64,000 nt of DNA, from contig NC_043022.1 of assembly GCF_006345805.1 (NCBI RefSeq), positions 25,296,001 to 25,360,000 of the forward strand, read 5' to 3'. The notes below the pieces were generated by a model. That model was not told where the DNA came from, made no database searches, and saw only the letters and a program-made list of their open reading frames with translations. Made by a program: the position numbers and the translations under genes. Below, piece by piece: positions 1 through 11,160 of this stretch. The stretch's first letter is position 1. Each line of letters opens with the position of its first letter. Origin of the DNA: Octopus sinensis. Its lineage: Eukaryota.

Positions 1-219
1 TATATTTTGATTAAGATATTTAAAAAAATTTATCCTAACAGTTTTTTTTTGTATATTATATTTTAAGTAATTGACAGTTAATAATTAACATACTTCCTCT
101 TCTTTTGTCAATTATATATTCTTTAGACTGTGTTTATTGAAGATGAAATATGTGTGTTTGTGTGTGTGTGTGTGTTGTGAATAAGTTCACATTTGTATGT
201 TTAATAAATATACACCCGT

Positions 220-420
220 GAGGCAGTGAGCTGGCACAACTGTTAGCATGCTTGGCCAAATGCTTAGCAGCATGTTGTCTGCTCAGAATGTTCTGAGTTC
301 AAATTCTGCTGAGGTTGACTTTGTCTTTCATCCTTTTGGGGTTGACAAAATAAGTACCAGTTGCATACTGGTGTCAATGTAATTGACCTGCCCCCCTCCC
401 CAACATTGCAGGCCCTGTGC
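220..420 (+). mobile_element. tRNA-derived SINE family A (Meta-domain-like core), diverged copy
   Basis: ggcagtgagctggca...gagttcaaattc...ctttcatccttttggggttgacaaaataagtaccag matches many other copies in the window. Confidence 0.8.
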
Positions 421-1037
421 TAAAAGTATGAAGCCGATAGATATCCACTCACACTCAGCCTCACATTCACGCTGCCTGCATGTGTAGAATATTCTTGAAG
501 TTGATGTAAGTTTATGTGATGTAAAAGACGTAGTTTTGATGTTTTGTGTAGGGTACTCTTTGTCGGATTAAGGAAATGTGATGGAAGGCTGTGAATAAAG
601 TTGACAAGGTTTGGGGCTTTAGTTGTTGAATTTGTTTTAGCAATTTGGTTAAGGCAATACTGGAACACTCAATTGCAAACCTGTTCAACCCACTTCATCA
701 TAGTTTGTGAGGGGACAGTGGGTAAGAAGAAAGAAAGAAAGAAAAAGGAAAGTAACTTAACCTACATAAAACCTGTTGTTGATGATGGTGATGATGACTA
801 TAGTGATGATTGTAGTTTTGCTTATAAGACAGTACTGATGGTTAGTTATAATGATGATGGTGATGGTGATAGAAATAGTGGTTGTATTGATGATGTGGAT
901 GACTATCGTGGTTGATTGATGAGAGAATGATATTGATTGTGATTGGGGTTATGGTGGCAATAACAACAGCAATGTTGATGGTGATGGTTATGGTGATGAT
1001 GGTGATGATAATGACAGTTTAACAATTTCTTTGTCAG

Positions 1038-1099
1038 ATGAGGAGATGAAACAAATTCACAATGAGAAAAACGCAGAGAAATCTAACGTAACCAACTAA
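1038..1099 (+). CDS. Possible terminal coding exon of a host gene (DEEMKQIHNEKNAEKSNVTN*)
   Basis: Acceptor-like tttctttgtcag followed by a short non-repetitive frame ending in TAA; no homology recognised. Confidence 0.2.
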
Positions 1100-1280
1100 G
1101 CAAGATACATCTGTTGTTTCACCGCCTCTGGTGATGACAACAGCGGCAACAACAACAAGAAGAGGGTAATGAGGCTTTGGACAATGTGATCCTACCTAGA
1201 TGCACTGTATCTGAAAAAAGAGTAAAAGAGTCATAACTGGCTTATCTTTTGATTGTAGATCTATTTTGAGTAAAACTGAC

Positions 1281-1370
1281 CTTATATTTTTGAGCAAGGG
1301 AATCTAGTACTCCGACTCAGCTCAAAACACTAGTGGGAATGCTAGATTCCCTTGTTTGAAAATATAAGGA
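1281..1370. repeat. Small fold-back element / MITE relic
   Basis: cttatatttttgagcaagggaatctag ... ctagattcccttgtttgaaaatataagg inverted arms. Confidence 0.6.
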
Positions 1371-1671
1371 CACAGATTGTGTCGTATAGCCAGCTTGAGA
1401 TGATGTCTCCTGGGGCTAAATTACAGCAACATTAGTCCTAAACCAGGACTGCCATGCTGTGTTGGCAAACAGTCTTTACTACAAAGTACTGCTGCTGAAT
1501 ATCTCACGTTATGAGATTTGTGCATGCATTAAAATAACCATATATAATCTACACTTCTTACCCCTAGACATGGTTCTATGTTTGTAGTGGTAATTTGTAT
1601 ATAAAATTATATAATATATATATATGTATGTGTGTGTGTGTGTAAAAGAAAGAGATGTGACAGAGGAATAA

Positions 1672-1958
1672 ATTATTATATTATGAACTTCATTGGCTCA
1701 CAGCTGTTTCTGCTACAGATGCAGTGAGCTCATAGTTGAGTGCCTGAATAACACCTTATTGATTCATTGGAGCTGAATCCACGACATCTTATAGCAGAAA
1801 TAGCTGTAAGGTAATGAAGTCCATAAGATAATCATATATTTCTTTTTCTCCTCTCTTTTTTTATTACTGCTCTATATTCATCTAGCACTCTGTTTTGAAA
1901 TATGCGTATATTGAGTTCTACACCAGGTTATTAACCTTGGAATGCCGAAATGAATAAT
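1672..1958 (+). mobile_element. Non-autonomous PLE-type terminal element with inverted 5' copy and degenerate HHR
   Basis: Arms ttatgaacttcattggctcacagctgtttctgcta / tagcagaaatagctgtaaggtaatgaagtccataa; GAAA-(c/t)agctg-TA stem III relic; microsatellite flanks. Confidence 0.45.
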
Positions 1959-2006
1959 GTGTGTGTGGTGTGTGTATGTGTATATATAATATATATATAT
2001 ATCTAT

Positions 2007-2060
<54 letters not shown>

Positions 2061-2099
2061 TTCATCAATATATATATATATATATGTACATATATATAA

Positions 2100-2131
<32 letters not shown>

Positions 2132-2835
2132 GTACATTATAATACATACCTCACCTTTTATCAGCAGCTGATAGAATGAATAATAAGAGAGCATTGCTGG
2201 CTTTTATGAATGATGGTGTTGCCTCACTTTTTATAAACCTCCAGAACCTTCCGTGACCAGCCGAAAATTTGAGAAAGCAAAATACTGTCCGTTTATGTGT
2301 AAAAGCTATACACTTTAAAGTGATAAGAAAACGATATTTATTCCTATCACTAATACGATGTGTGTGTGTGTGTGTGTGTGTGTGAATTGGTTTCTTTCTC
2401 TTTTATGTAACTGAAGAAGGAATAGGTGACTTCTGATCAGTTGTGCATGCTCCATTCGGGCATCTCTGGATTCATTTGTGTTCTTGTAATAAACATTGTG
2501 ATGCTGTTCATGAGTTACCTTGGCTCAGTCCTCTCTTCATCACATCCCATTTCATGCCATCTCACATCATCTTATGCTTGAAGTAGATTATTACTTACGT
2601 GAAGTTAAACATGTGAAATACCAGTCAATTTAAACTACCCTTTTCAGGACGTTCGTTTCCCCTCCATTGCTTTCACTGGTGAATTGTATGTATTTAATCA
2701 TGATACCTTTTTACAGGTTGGTGTGGACTGAGTCAGTGAATTTTTTTTGCCACGAACATAATGTAGATGACTAGGCAGCGTTTGATGAGTATTTGAATGA
2801 CAGATCACTGGAATTCTTGGTTAGGACATTGTTGA

Positions 2836-3054
2836 CCCTTTAGCATTCAGATTTTTCTTGTCAAATCTAATGCTTATTTATTCACATTGATTTGAATTAA
2901 TCATGCATTACCCCATAGCTTCAAGATTTTGATGAGGAAACTTAATTTTTAGAACGATATTGTAGGGTTGGCGTGAGAGGCCTGATCTGTCCAGTTTGAA
3001 CATAAAACAGGTAGAATATTTTGGCTGGATATGGCCAGTTCAAATGTTAAAGGG
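2836..3054. mobile_element. piggyBac-type MITE
   Basis: TIRs ccctttagcatt / aatgttaaaggg flanked by ttga / ttaa (TTAA target, one side mutated). Confidence 0.65.
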
Positions 3055-3209
3055 TTAACACACTGCTAAGTTGACATAGTGGTGAATATAAACCTCTAAA
3101 TTGACAGACTACTAATTTGACATAGTGGAAAATTGACCTTAGAGGTAGCTTGACATACTCATAAATTAACACAGTGACGGGTTAGTGTGCTGGTAAGTCA
3201 CTATAACAA

Positions 3210-3310
3210 TAGATTGACAGAATTGTATGTCAACACTGATAGATTGACAGGATGGCATGTCAGCACTGATAGATTGACAGATGGTATGTCAACACTAATA
3301 GATTGGCACA
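3210..3310. repeat. ~30-bp tandem repeat with internal hairpin (ttgaca..tgtcaa), about 3 copies in a larger degenerate region
   Basis: tagattgacag-N-tgtca(a/g)cact(g/a)a repeated. Confidence 0.6.
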
Positions 3311-3971
3311 GTAGTAGATAGACAAATTGGTAGATTGCCAGACTGGTTAATCGATGCACTATAAGTTTTATATCTCAGTAGATTGACATTCTTGTAATTT
3401 GTCAACGCTACATGTTAGCTCATAATTGGTCACCGTAATGTTAATTTGGCCTGATTGGTACGAGATTAACAAGAATGAGATTTTGCCCCAAAGTTATGTC
3501 GATTTAATGGTAGGTCAAAAACATTTGTAGGTGACACAGCTATAATTTGACACAGGGATAGGACTGTGTAGTGATAGTTTGGTATAAAAGGCAACAAAGC
3601 TGGTAGAGTGACATCACCATCTGGTCAAATAAACTGATTCATCGGTGGGGAGAGAGACATTATTAGAAATTATATGGGCCACCTTGTATAATAATGACTT
3701 TAAAAACAAAATATTTATTATAGAGTGCGTTGGGTGTGAGAGAGTCAGTGAGAGAAATGTCTGTACATATGTGTGGATGGGGGTCTGTGTTGTTGTTGTT
3801 GTTGTTGTTCCTGTATACTGGTGCTGTTGTTATTGTAGTAGTTGTTTTAATTCTAATATATCTTTCCTCTCCAAGTCTCTCGCTCTCTCACTCACTCTCT
3901 CTCTCCCTCTCTCTAAATGCTAATTGTTACAACGAACAGTTATATTTGTTTTTATCCTTTTTTTTGTTTTC

Positions 3972-4005
<34 letters not shown>

Positions 4006-5084
4006 CATTATTATTATTATTATTTATCTTTGAAGCTTGTCAGTATTTCTTAGAATAGGAAAACCCCCCCTCGCAAAAAATTTTTTTTTTAAGATTGTTG
4101 GCGATGAAGAAAAAAGAAATGATTATCATTGCTATGATGATGACGAAGATGATGATGATGATGACGACGACGATAACAATAACGATGATGATAAATATTT
4201 AAAATGATGATGTTGGTGTTGTTGTTGAATTATGCTGCTAATAATAATAATAATAACAGTGGACAATTGGGTGTTGTTTTTTCTCTTCTTTATTACCTAT
4301 TTTTTTTTATAATTTTCTTTCTTTATTTTTATTGTTGTTTTTATTTTTTTTGTAACTTTATCCCAAAATAGACATAAAAATATAAAAACAAAGCAACAAA
4401 AAATTTTTATATATACATATATATATAAATATATATATGTATATATACACGTATACATATATATATGTGTACATATATATAGAAATAATATATAAAATAA
4501 ATTCTAATAATATATATAATATAATATATATATATGAAATCAGAGAACTGCTTGCCAGCTTGCTAAAAGTACCCCTCCCCCTCACCAAAAAACCACAAAC
4601 AAAACAAGATATATATAATAATATTAATAATCTATTCAGAATTTTTCTTTTTTTTTTCTTTTTTGTTTTTTTACAAAATGCCAGTCTTGTTTTTTTTTTT
4701 GTTGTTGGTTTTATTTTCATTTCTTAAACTTTTAATCTTTTGTTTCATTTTGTTTATATTTTTCTTGTCTCTGTCCCCTTCCCCCCACTCTCTCTTCTCT
4801 CTCTCTCTCTCTCTTTTCTCTCCACTTGTCTTCGATTCCTCTTCCTCCTCTATTTCTCCATCCAGCATCCAGGAATATAAATATAAATCTATCCATATAT
4901 ATATACATATATATATATATGTATGTATGTATGTATATGTATGCATACGTTTCTGAGATGAGGTAAAATATTTCTAGATTTAGTAAAGATTCATTTGAAC
5001 CAACAAACTTCAGCTTTTGTGTTATTTTCTTTTGTTGTTATTTTATTGTTATTTTCTTATAGCACTGTGTTTACATCAATAAAA

Positions 5085-5124
<40 letters not shown>

Positions 5125-5244
5125 AAAAAAATACAAACTGGGACAAGAACGCAAAACATTTAGAAGACAATACAAAAAACACGGATGGGACATTCGAAGC
5201 CTTCAATCTTCAATCAAGAACCGGATCATCCTTGCGTGTGTGTA

Positions 5245-5530
5245 TTTTAGGAAGTTGAAAGTTATGGCTGGTCATAGAGAGACTATTGGTTTCACACCTA
5301 TACATAAAGTGCTTCGCTGTATAGGCGATTCGTCAGACTCAAATGGCTGAAGGTTATGCACCTTTGAGCATTTTAGTCCGATAAGTCACTTATACATCTA
5401 AGCGCTTTGTAAATGTGAAACTGATGGTTGCTCTATGACTGGCCATAACAATTAACTTCCTAAAAAATATATTACTGCTCTAATGCTTTAGAATGTACTT
5501 TTTTTTCAGGTACATGAATTACTGATGACG
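5245..5530. mobile_element. Inverted-dimer non-coding element carrying hammerhead motifs
   Basis: Arms ttttaggaagttgaaagttatggctggtcatagag...tttcaca / tgtgaaac...ctctatgactggccataacaattaacttcctaaaa. Confidence 0.6.
5277..5340 (-). ncRNA. Type-I hammerhead ribozyme motif
   Basis: Minus strand: gagt CUGACGA a tc gcctataca-loop-tgtataggt gt GAAA ccaata GUC tctc; 9-bp stem II, GUC cleavage triplet. Confidence 0.65.
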
Positions 5531-5544
5531 TGTGTGTGTGTATA

Positions 5545-5577
<33 letters not shown>

Positions 5578-5674
5578 CGGGAAGCTTTATGAAAATAAAC
5601 AAAAGACGAAGGCAGGTGGAAAACAGACGAACAATTGTATTAGTATGGCGCTCAGGAAATATAAATAAAACAAG

Positions 5675-5712
5675 TCTTTAACGTTTCGAGCCTACGCTCT
5701 TCAACAGAAAGA
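5675..5712 (-). ncRNA. Minimal hammerhead ribozyme in Penelope pLTR
   Basis: tcttt CUGUUGA a gagc-gtag-gctc GAAA cGUU aaaga; stem I tcttt/aaaga; palindromic AACGUU stem III typical of dimeric PLE HHRs. Confidence 0.75.
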
Positions 5713-6451
5713 TACACAGAGAGAGAAAACACAGAAAGAAGGAGAGAAAAAAATGCGTGCAGTAGCTAACGAATCAACATGGCGATCTGATTTCGGCCAG
5801 AGGTCAAAGATTCAAACATGAGACGGAGAGCGAAATAAGGGGAGATAATAGCGTTGATAAATGGGTTGAGGGACCAGCTAATAGTACGTAGGAGGGGTCT
5901 GGATGTGTGTATGTATAGGGTTGGTGTATGTATTAGTATGTATAAGGGTGTGTGTGTGTGTGTATGAGAGTATTAGTGCGTAGGATTGGTCTGGACGTGC
6001 GTATGTATGGGGTTGGTGTATGTATTAGTATGTATTAGTATGTATTAGTACGTATTGGTATGTATAATGTGTGTGTGTGTGTATGAGAGAGTATAAGTGC
6101 GTATGCGGGGTCTGGACGTGTGTATGTATAGGGTTGGTGTATGTATTAGTATGTACTAGTATATTAGTACGTATTAGTATGTATTAGTTTGTGTGTGGTA
6201 TTAGTATGGCACATCATATGTGATGTGATGTGTAAGTCATGTGGTGTAGTGAGGAGAAGAGGGGGAGGGAGATAAGGGGAGAGGGGGAAGATGAGAGGAT
6301 GGGGGAGGAGGGGGATGAAGGAGGAAAGAAGGGGAGAGGGAGTGAGGGAGCAGAGGGAAGGGGAAGAGGGAAGGGGAGTAGGGGTGAAAGGATGAAGGAC
6401 TGAAGAAGTAGGGGTCGGGGGAAAGGATAGGTGAGGAGGGGGGAGAGGGGG

Positions 6452-9250
6452 TTAGATGAGGAGAGTTGAGACCAAATGGCATATAAGAGCGAAGAGAGAA
6501 GATTAATTCCTGTTCACGGCGCAAACGGGAATCCGGATGGCCTCTGTGTAAGGACAAACCGAACACAGATAGGTGTTGCAAGGAGTGACCGGTGGAGCGG
6601 AAATGGCAGAACCGTTGTGTCGTTCGCAAGGTAGATGTCACGAAGGTGTTCCGCAAACTGGTCAGCCAAGCGGCGTCCCTTTTGTCCGATGTACAAGGAA
6701 TTGCAGAGAGAGCAAGAGATGCAATAGATAATATTGCTGGAGGTGCAGGTGAAGGAGTGGATGATGGGATAGGTCGATGGTGGGTGCTAGTGAGGCGGGT
6801 GGTGTTGGAGAGGTAAGGGCAAGTGCGGCAACGTGGGCGGGAGGCAGGGGAACGAGCCGGGTTGGGAGGTAGGGTCAGGGAAGGAGCTATGGACCAAAAG
6901 GTCTCGAAGGTTGTGGGCTCGTTTGAAAGAGGGGAGGGGTCGGTTAGGAAGAGGTGTGAAGTGGACGGGTCGGACTGGAGATGACGGAAAGCTCGAAGAA
7001 TGGTGCGTTGGAGACGTAGGGTCGTGGGGTGGTAATGAGGGGAAAAGGGAGGCGGGGAGACTACAGGGCGGGTTCGGGAGAGAGAGCAGATACACGGTCC
7101 ACGGACCGTGCTCTGGCAAGGGCGGTGTGTATAGTGGGTGAGGGGGTATCCACGTAGGGTGAAGTGGTGAGCATACGTTGAGACTGAGTCTCAAAGTCAT
7201 GGTCGTCACTACAGAGCCTACGTAGACGGAGGAATTGGAATAGGGGATGGAAAGCTTGGTGTGTTCTGGGTGGGAGGAAGAGAAGTTGAGGTATGAGTGT
7301 GAGTCTGTGTGTTTGTAGTGAATGGAGGTGGTAAGAGTGGAGTGAAGAATGCTAACCGAAATGTCGAGGAAGGAGACAGAGGTGTTTGAGATAGTGGAAG
7401 TGAAGTGGAGGGCTGGATGGAAAGATTGGACGAAAGAGAGGAAGGAATCTAGATGTTCGCGGGAGAGTGAGGTGGCACCGATAATGTCGTCAATGTAACG
7501 ACCATATAGTTCAGGAGTGGGACCAGTGAAATTAGAGAATATTGGGGCCTCAACATAGCCAATGAACAAGTTCGCATAGTTGGGGCCCATTCGCGTTCCC
7601 ATGGCCACTCCCGAGACCTGATGGTAGAACTCGCCCGCGAACGAGAAGCAGTTCAGAGTAAGGACAAGTTCGGCCAGACGAATGAGTGTGGAGGTGTCGG
7701 TACAGGTCAGGGTTAGAGCGGAGGTCAAGAAAGTGTCGAAGGGCCTGCAGTCCTTCGTGTGAGGGATAACAGTATAGAGGCTTTGGATGTCCATAGTAAA
7801 AAGGATTTTGGAGGAGCCGGGAGGAAAGGAGAAAGAGTTGAAAAGCCGGAGAGCATGGTTGGTATCGTGGATGTGGGAGGGAAGAGATGCCACCAGGGGG
7901 CAAGGACACGGTCGAGGTATTTAGAGATGAGCTCCGTGGGGCAGTTACAGGCGGAGACGATGGGGCGGCCAGGGTTGTTGGTTTGTGGATTTTGGGGAGG
8001 AAGTAAATGGTGGGGGTACGTGGGGTTCGCACAATTAGGTTGGATGCGGTGTGGGGGAGACGGGAGGACGAGATGAGGTCTTGGACAGTAGAGGATACCG
8101 TCTGTTGGTAGCTACATGTGGGGTTAGAGGGCAGAGGGGAATAGAAGGAGGTGTCATTGAGTTGGTGGAAAGCCTCGGCCCTATAGAGTCCCGCGCCACA
8201 CCACTACAGCTCCACCCTTGTCAGCCGGTTTGATGATAATGTCAGCGCGCCGTTGGAGGGAACGAAGAGCCAAGAGCTCAGCCGGGGAGATGTTGAGGCG
8301 GCGTTGGCGCCTGGAGAAGTTGAACCGCTCCAATGCACGCTGACAAGCGCCCGCGAAAAGATCCACTGCTACGATCTGGCCAAGGGCAGGCGTCCACGGG
8401 GATGGTCGGCGGCCCAGGCCAGTGAAGCAGTCCTCTTCGTTGGGTGTGGGTGGCGAGTCGTGGTAATGCGCACCCAACCGGACACGGCGCACAAAGCTGT
8501 GGACATCAACTCGCGTCTGGAATTCCTTACAGGATGGAGTGAGGGGATGAAACGCAGACCCCTACCAAGAACGGAGCGTTCACCGGCAGAGAGGGGAAGA
8601 TCGGGGGGAATGGTAACAACAGACGGAAGTGGAGAAGGGGTGGGTGAATAGAAGTAGGAGGGGTGGTATGTCTCGTGGAGGTCTGAGGGGGAGGGATTGG
8701 GGAAGTGTGGTGGGGGGTGGTTGGGCGGGGCAGTAGGGTTAGGTGTAGGTGGATGGAGCCTAACGGGAGGGGAGAAGGGGTTGTAGGGAGGGGCAGTGGG
8801 GTTAGGTGTGGGTGGATGGAGCCTATCGGGAGGGGAGAAGGGTGGTGGAGGAGTTGGGGTAGTGGCGTCGGGTAGGGTGGAATGGAAGAGTGATTGGAGT
8901 TTACGAAGTTTGGTATCAGAAAGAAATTGATGGAAGAGTTGATTCAAATGGATAATGAAGCGTAGCGTGTTTGGAGCATAGAGAGAGCGGCAGAGAGGAG
9001 AAGAAGGTGGAGAAAGCAGGAGGAAGAAGGCGGTTGATTGGCATGTAGTTTGGAGAGATTGGAGCGAATGGTGGCCCGCATAAGGCGGTAAGATGTGGTG
9101 CGGAGTATGGGTAAGATGGAAGAATCCGAGTGGAGAGCAGGGTGGAAGTGGAGGCGGAAACCTTTAGGGATGAGTCGGTGATGTAGGCAGCGGCTTAGGA
9201 AAGAGACATGGCTAGAGAAGCGGGTTTTTTTAAAAAGAAGTAGAGAGAGA
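6452..9250 (-). pseudogene. Frameshifted PLE polyprotein: reverse transcriptase + GIY-YIG endonuclease
   Basis: LFTMDIQSLYTVIPH, GVAMGTRMGPNYANLF, RYIDDI, SFLDI, C..PRCRTC linker, NIIYCISCSL..LYIGQKGRRLADQFAEH, REQELIFSLRSYMPFGLN spread over several frames. Confidence 0.92.
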
Positions 9251-9271
9251 TATATATATATACGATCAACA

Positions 9272-9600
9272 TCAATGGAAATTGCAGCTGTGATACCAGT
9301 GCCGGTGGCACGTAAGCAAACCATCCGAACGTGGCTGTTGCCAGCGCTGCTCTGACGGGCCTCCATGCCAGTGGCACGTAAAATGCATCATCCGACCAAG
9401 GCCGTTTGCCAGCCCCGTCTGGCACGTAAAAAGCACCCACTGCACTCATGGAGTGGTTGGTGTTAGGAAGGTCATCCAGCCGTAGAAACATTGCCAGATC
9501 AGACTGGGCCTGGTGCAGCCTTCTGGTCTCCCAGACCCCAGTTGAACCGTCCAACCCATGCTAGCATGGAAAGCGAATGCTAAATGATGATGATGATGAT
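9272..9600 (+). mobile_element. SINE/non-autonomous retroposon family D with (tga)n tail
   Basis: gccggtggcacgtaa repeats, gttaggaaggtcatccagccgtagaaa, ccatgctagcatgg, tgatgatga; copies at 20635-20820(-) and 26027-26440(-). Confidence 0.75.
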
Positions 9601-9611
9601 ATATATATATA

Positions 9612-9727
9612 AACGGTTTTTGTGTGTTTCTTAAATGGCTTATAAACACCTTCTACGTTGCAATTGTTTTTGTTCCAGCACACAATCTCAGATCAGGACA
9701 CTTGCTATGCAAGTGCATTTCTGTAAG
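9612..9727 (+). repeat. 3' fragment of the element at 41226-41457
   Basis: aacggtttttgtgtgtttcttaaatggc...cacttgctatgcaagt is similar to 41343-41457. Confidence 0.75.
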
Positions 9728-9755
9728 ATGTATATATATATACATACATACTTTG

Positions 9756-9925
9756 TTTAAAAGCAGCAGAAATATAATAACAAAACTGTCCGACGAATGG
9801 GACGTGAAACTCTGAGTAACACCTTTTGTTATTTTTCTGCTGCTTTTAAATAAAGAATATTACTCCACCTCTGGTATTTGGGTACTCATTTTTTACACCT
9901 TGTTTCACATTTATGTGTTTACTAC
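9756..9925 (+). mobile_element. Inverted-arm element with hammerhead-like core
   Basis: Arms tttaaaagcagcagaaatataataacaaaa / ttttgttatttttctgctgcttttaaa enclose tgt CCGACGA atg-gga-cgt GAAA ctc-t-gag UA aca. Confidence 0.55.
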
Positions 9926-10261
9926 GGTATGTATATATATATATAAAAAAACAAACAGAGAAACAAGACATACAACATAAAGAATATTCCCCTTCAGTTG
10001 TCTCTGTTTTGACTACTCCAAGGTAAGGACAAGACGCGACTTCGTTGAAGCAGTCCTTCCCGCAAAGCAAATTAAATAAAAATTTGGGATTTTTTGCGGA
10101 GGGTGAAAGTGGTGACAAGAACAGGACAGTGAGGACAAAACAGAAAAAACAATAAAAAAGTAAAAACAGTAAAAAACAATTAGAACAAAACAGTAAGGGT
10201 TGTTAAGCCAAGACGATGGAAAAATTATTCTGAACGTTTCTTCCAAAGGATGTTGTTTTCA

Positions 10262-10630
10262 CAGCGATAATGCTCTTCTCAGTACATGAGTCGTTCCAGT
10301 TAACACGATTTCTTGCACTTCCTGTAGGGATGGTAAGCCTGGTATCATTTTCAAATAGGTTTCAGTACCTTATTTTATCATTCCTAGAGATCCTACTATC
10401 ACTGGTACTGTAGTCGCCTTGAGATGCCACATTTTTTTCAATTTCTATTAGCAAGTCTTTATATTTACTGATCTTGTCAAATTCTGTTGCCGCTATATTG
10501 TGATCGCAAGGAATACTCATGTCAATTAATAAACACACCTTTTTTGTCTGATCTTTTATAATAAGATCCGGTTTATTAGCTTTTATAGTTTTGTCGGTAT
10601 GTACGGGGAAGTCCCAGAGAATTGGCACAT
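10262..10630 (-). pseudogene. R4/Dong-type non-LTR retrotransposon 3' fragment (restriction-like endonuclease)
   Basis: ILWDFPVHTDKTIKANKPDLIIKD...LLIDMSIP...KISKYKDL, PD..D..K motif; abuts (taa)n. Confidence 0.85.
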
Positions 10631-10689
10631 TATTATTATTATTATTATTATTATTACTACAGTGTCAACTGTTCACTACCAGTGAACTA

Positions 10690-11160
10690 AGGTAACACCT
10701 CTTATTTTTCAAGCACCTCCCAAAGTATTCGAGTGGTTCCAAGCAGTGCTGTTTTCTGCAAGTGCTCCAACCCTTATTGCAGCCCCTATTTGTTCCACGA
10801 ACTTCTCGAGATTTTTGCTCGCTGTTCCCTGGGCTCCGACAGTTTTTGGTACTACTGCTACCTTTTTCATCGACCACAACTGCTTAACTTCCCAAGCTAA
10901 CCTATCATATCTCTCGACTTTTCTTTCTCCCTTATGGCATACCTTGTCAGCTGGGCATGCTATATCTTTGATCCAATATAGTTTGTTTTCTTTCTTAATT
11001 AACACTATGTCTGGCTTCCTATCTCATGTCTGGCTTCCTAACCACATCCCATGGTTGTACTGAATCATAAAATCCCATAGGATCTTTGCATTTCCACTTT
11101 CGACGATGCCTTGTCACTCCAATTTTTTGCTCTGTCAAGTCCATACTTGGTGCAAAATTC
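10690..11160 (-). pseudogene. Second R4/Dong-type RLE fragment
   Basis: KPDIVLIKKENKLYWIKDIACPAD...KVERYDRLAWEVKQLWSMKKVAVVP; flanked by (taa)n. Confidence 0.8.

Larger units (their letters stand above)
5577..9262 (-). mobile_element. Penelope-like retroelement (Neptune-like), 5'-truncated, inserted in (TA)n
   Basis: PLE N-terminus HVSFLSRCLHHRLIPKGF, VLGRGLRFIP, IIIKPADKGGAVVVW, YFLPKIHKP, RT and GIY-YIG motifs, 3' pLTR with HHR, TA runs on both sides. Confidence 0.95.

Noticed and set aside
2405-2630. ctgaagaag ... gaaataccagtc as a hammerhead with a 200-nt stem II
   Set aside because: Stems could not be paired convincingly; may be chance or a very old PLE terminus
5121-5236. PLE-like tail with ttgaaga..cgaatgtc on the minus strand (similarly 9945-10060)
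   Set aside because: Looks like a TA-inserted terminal fragment, but no complete HHR core is visible
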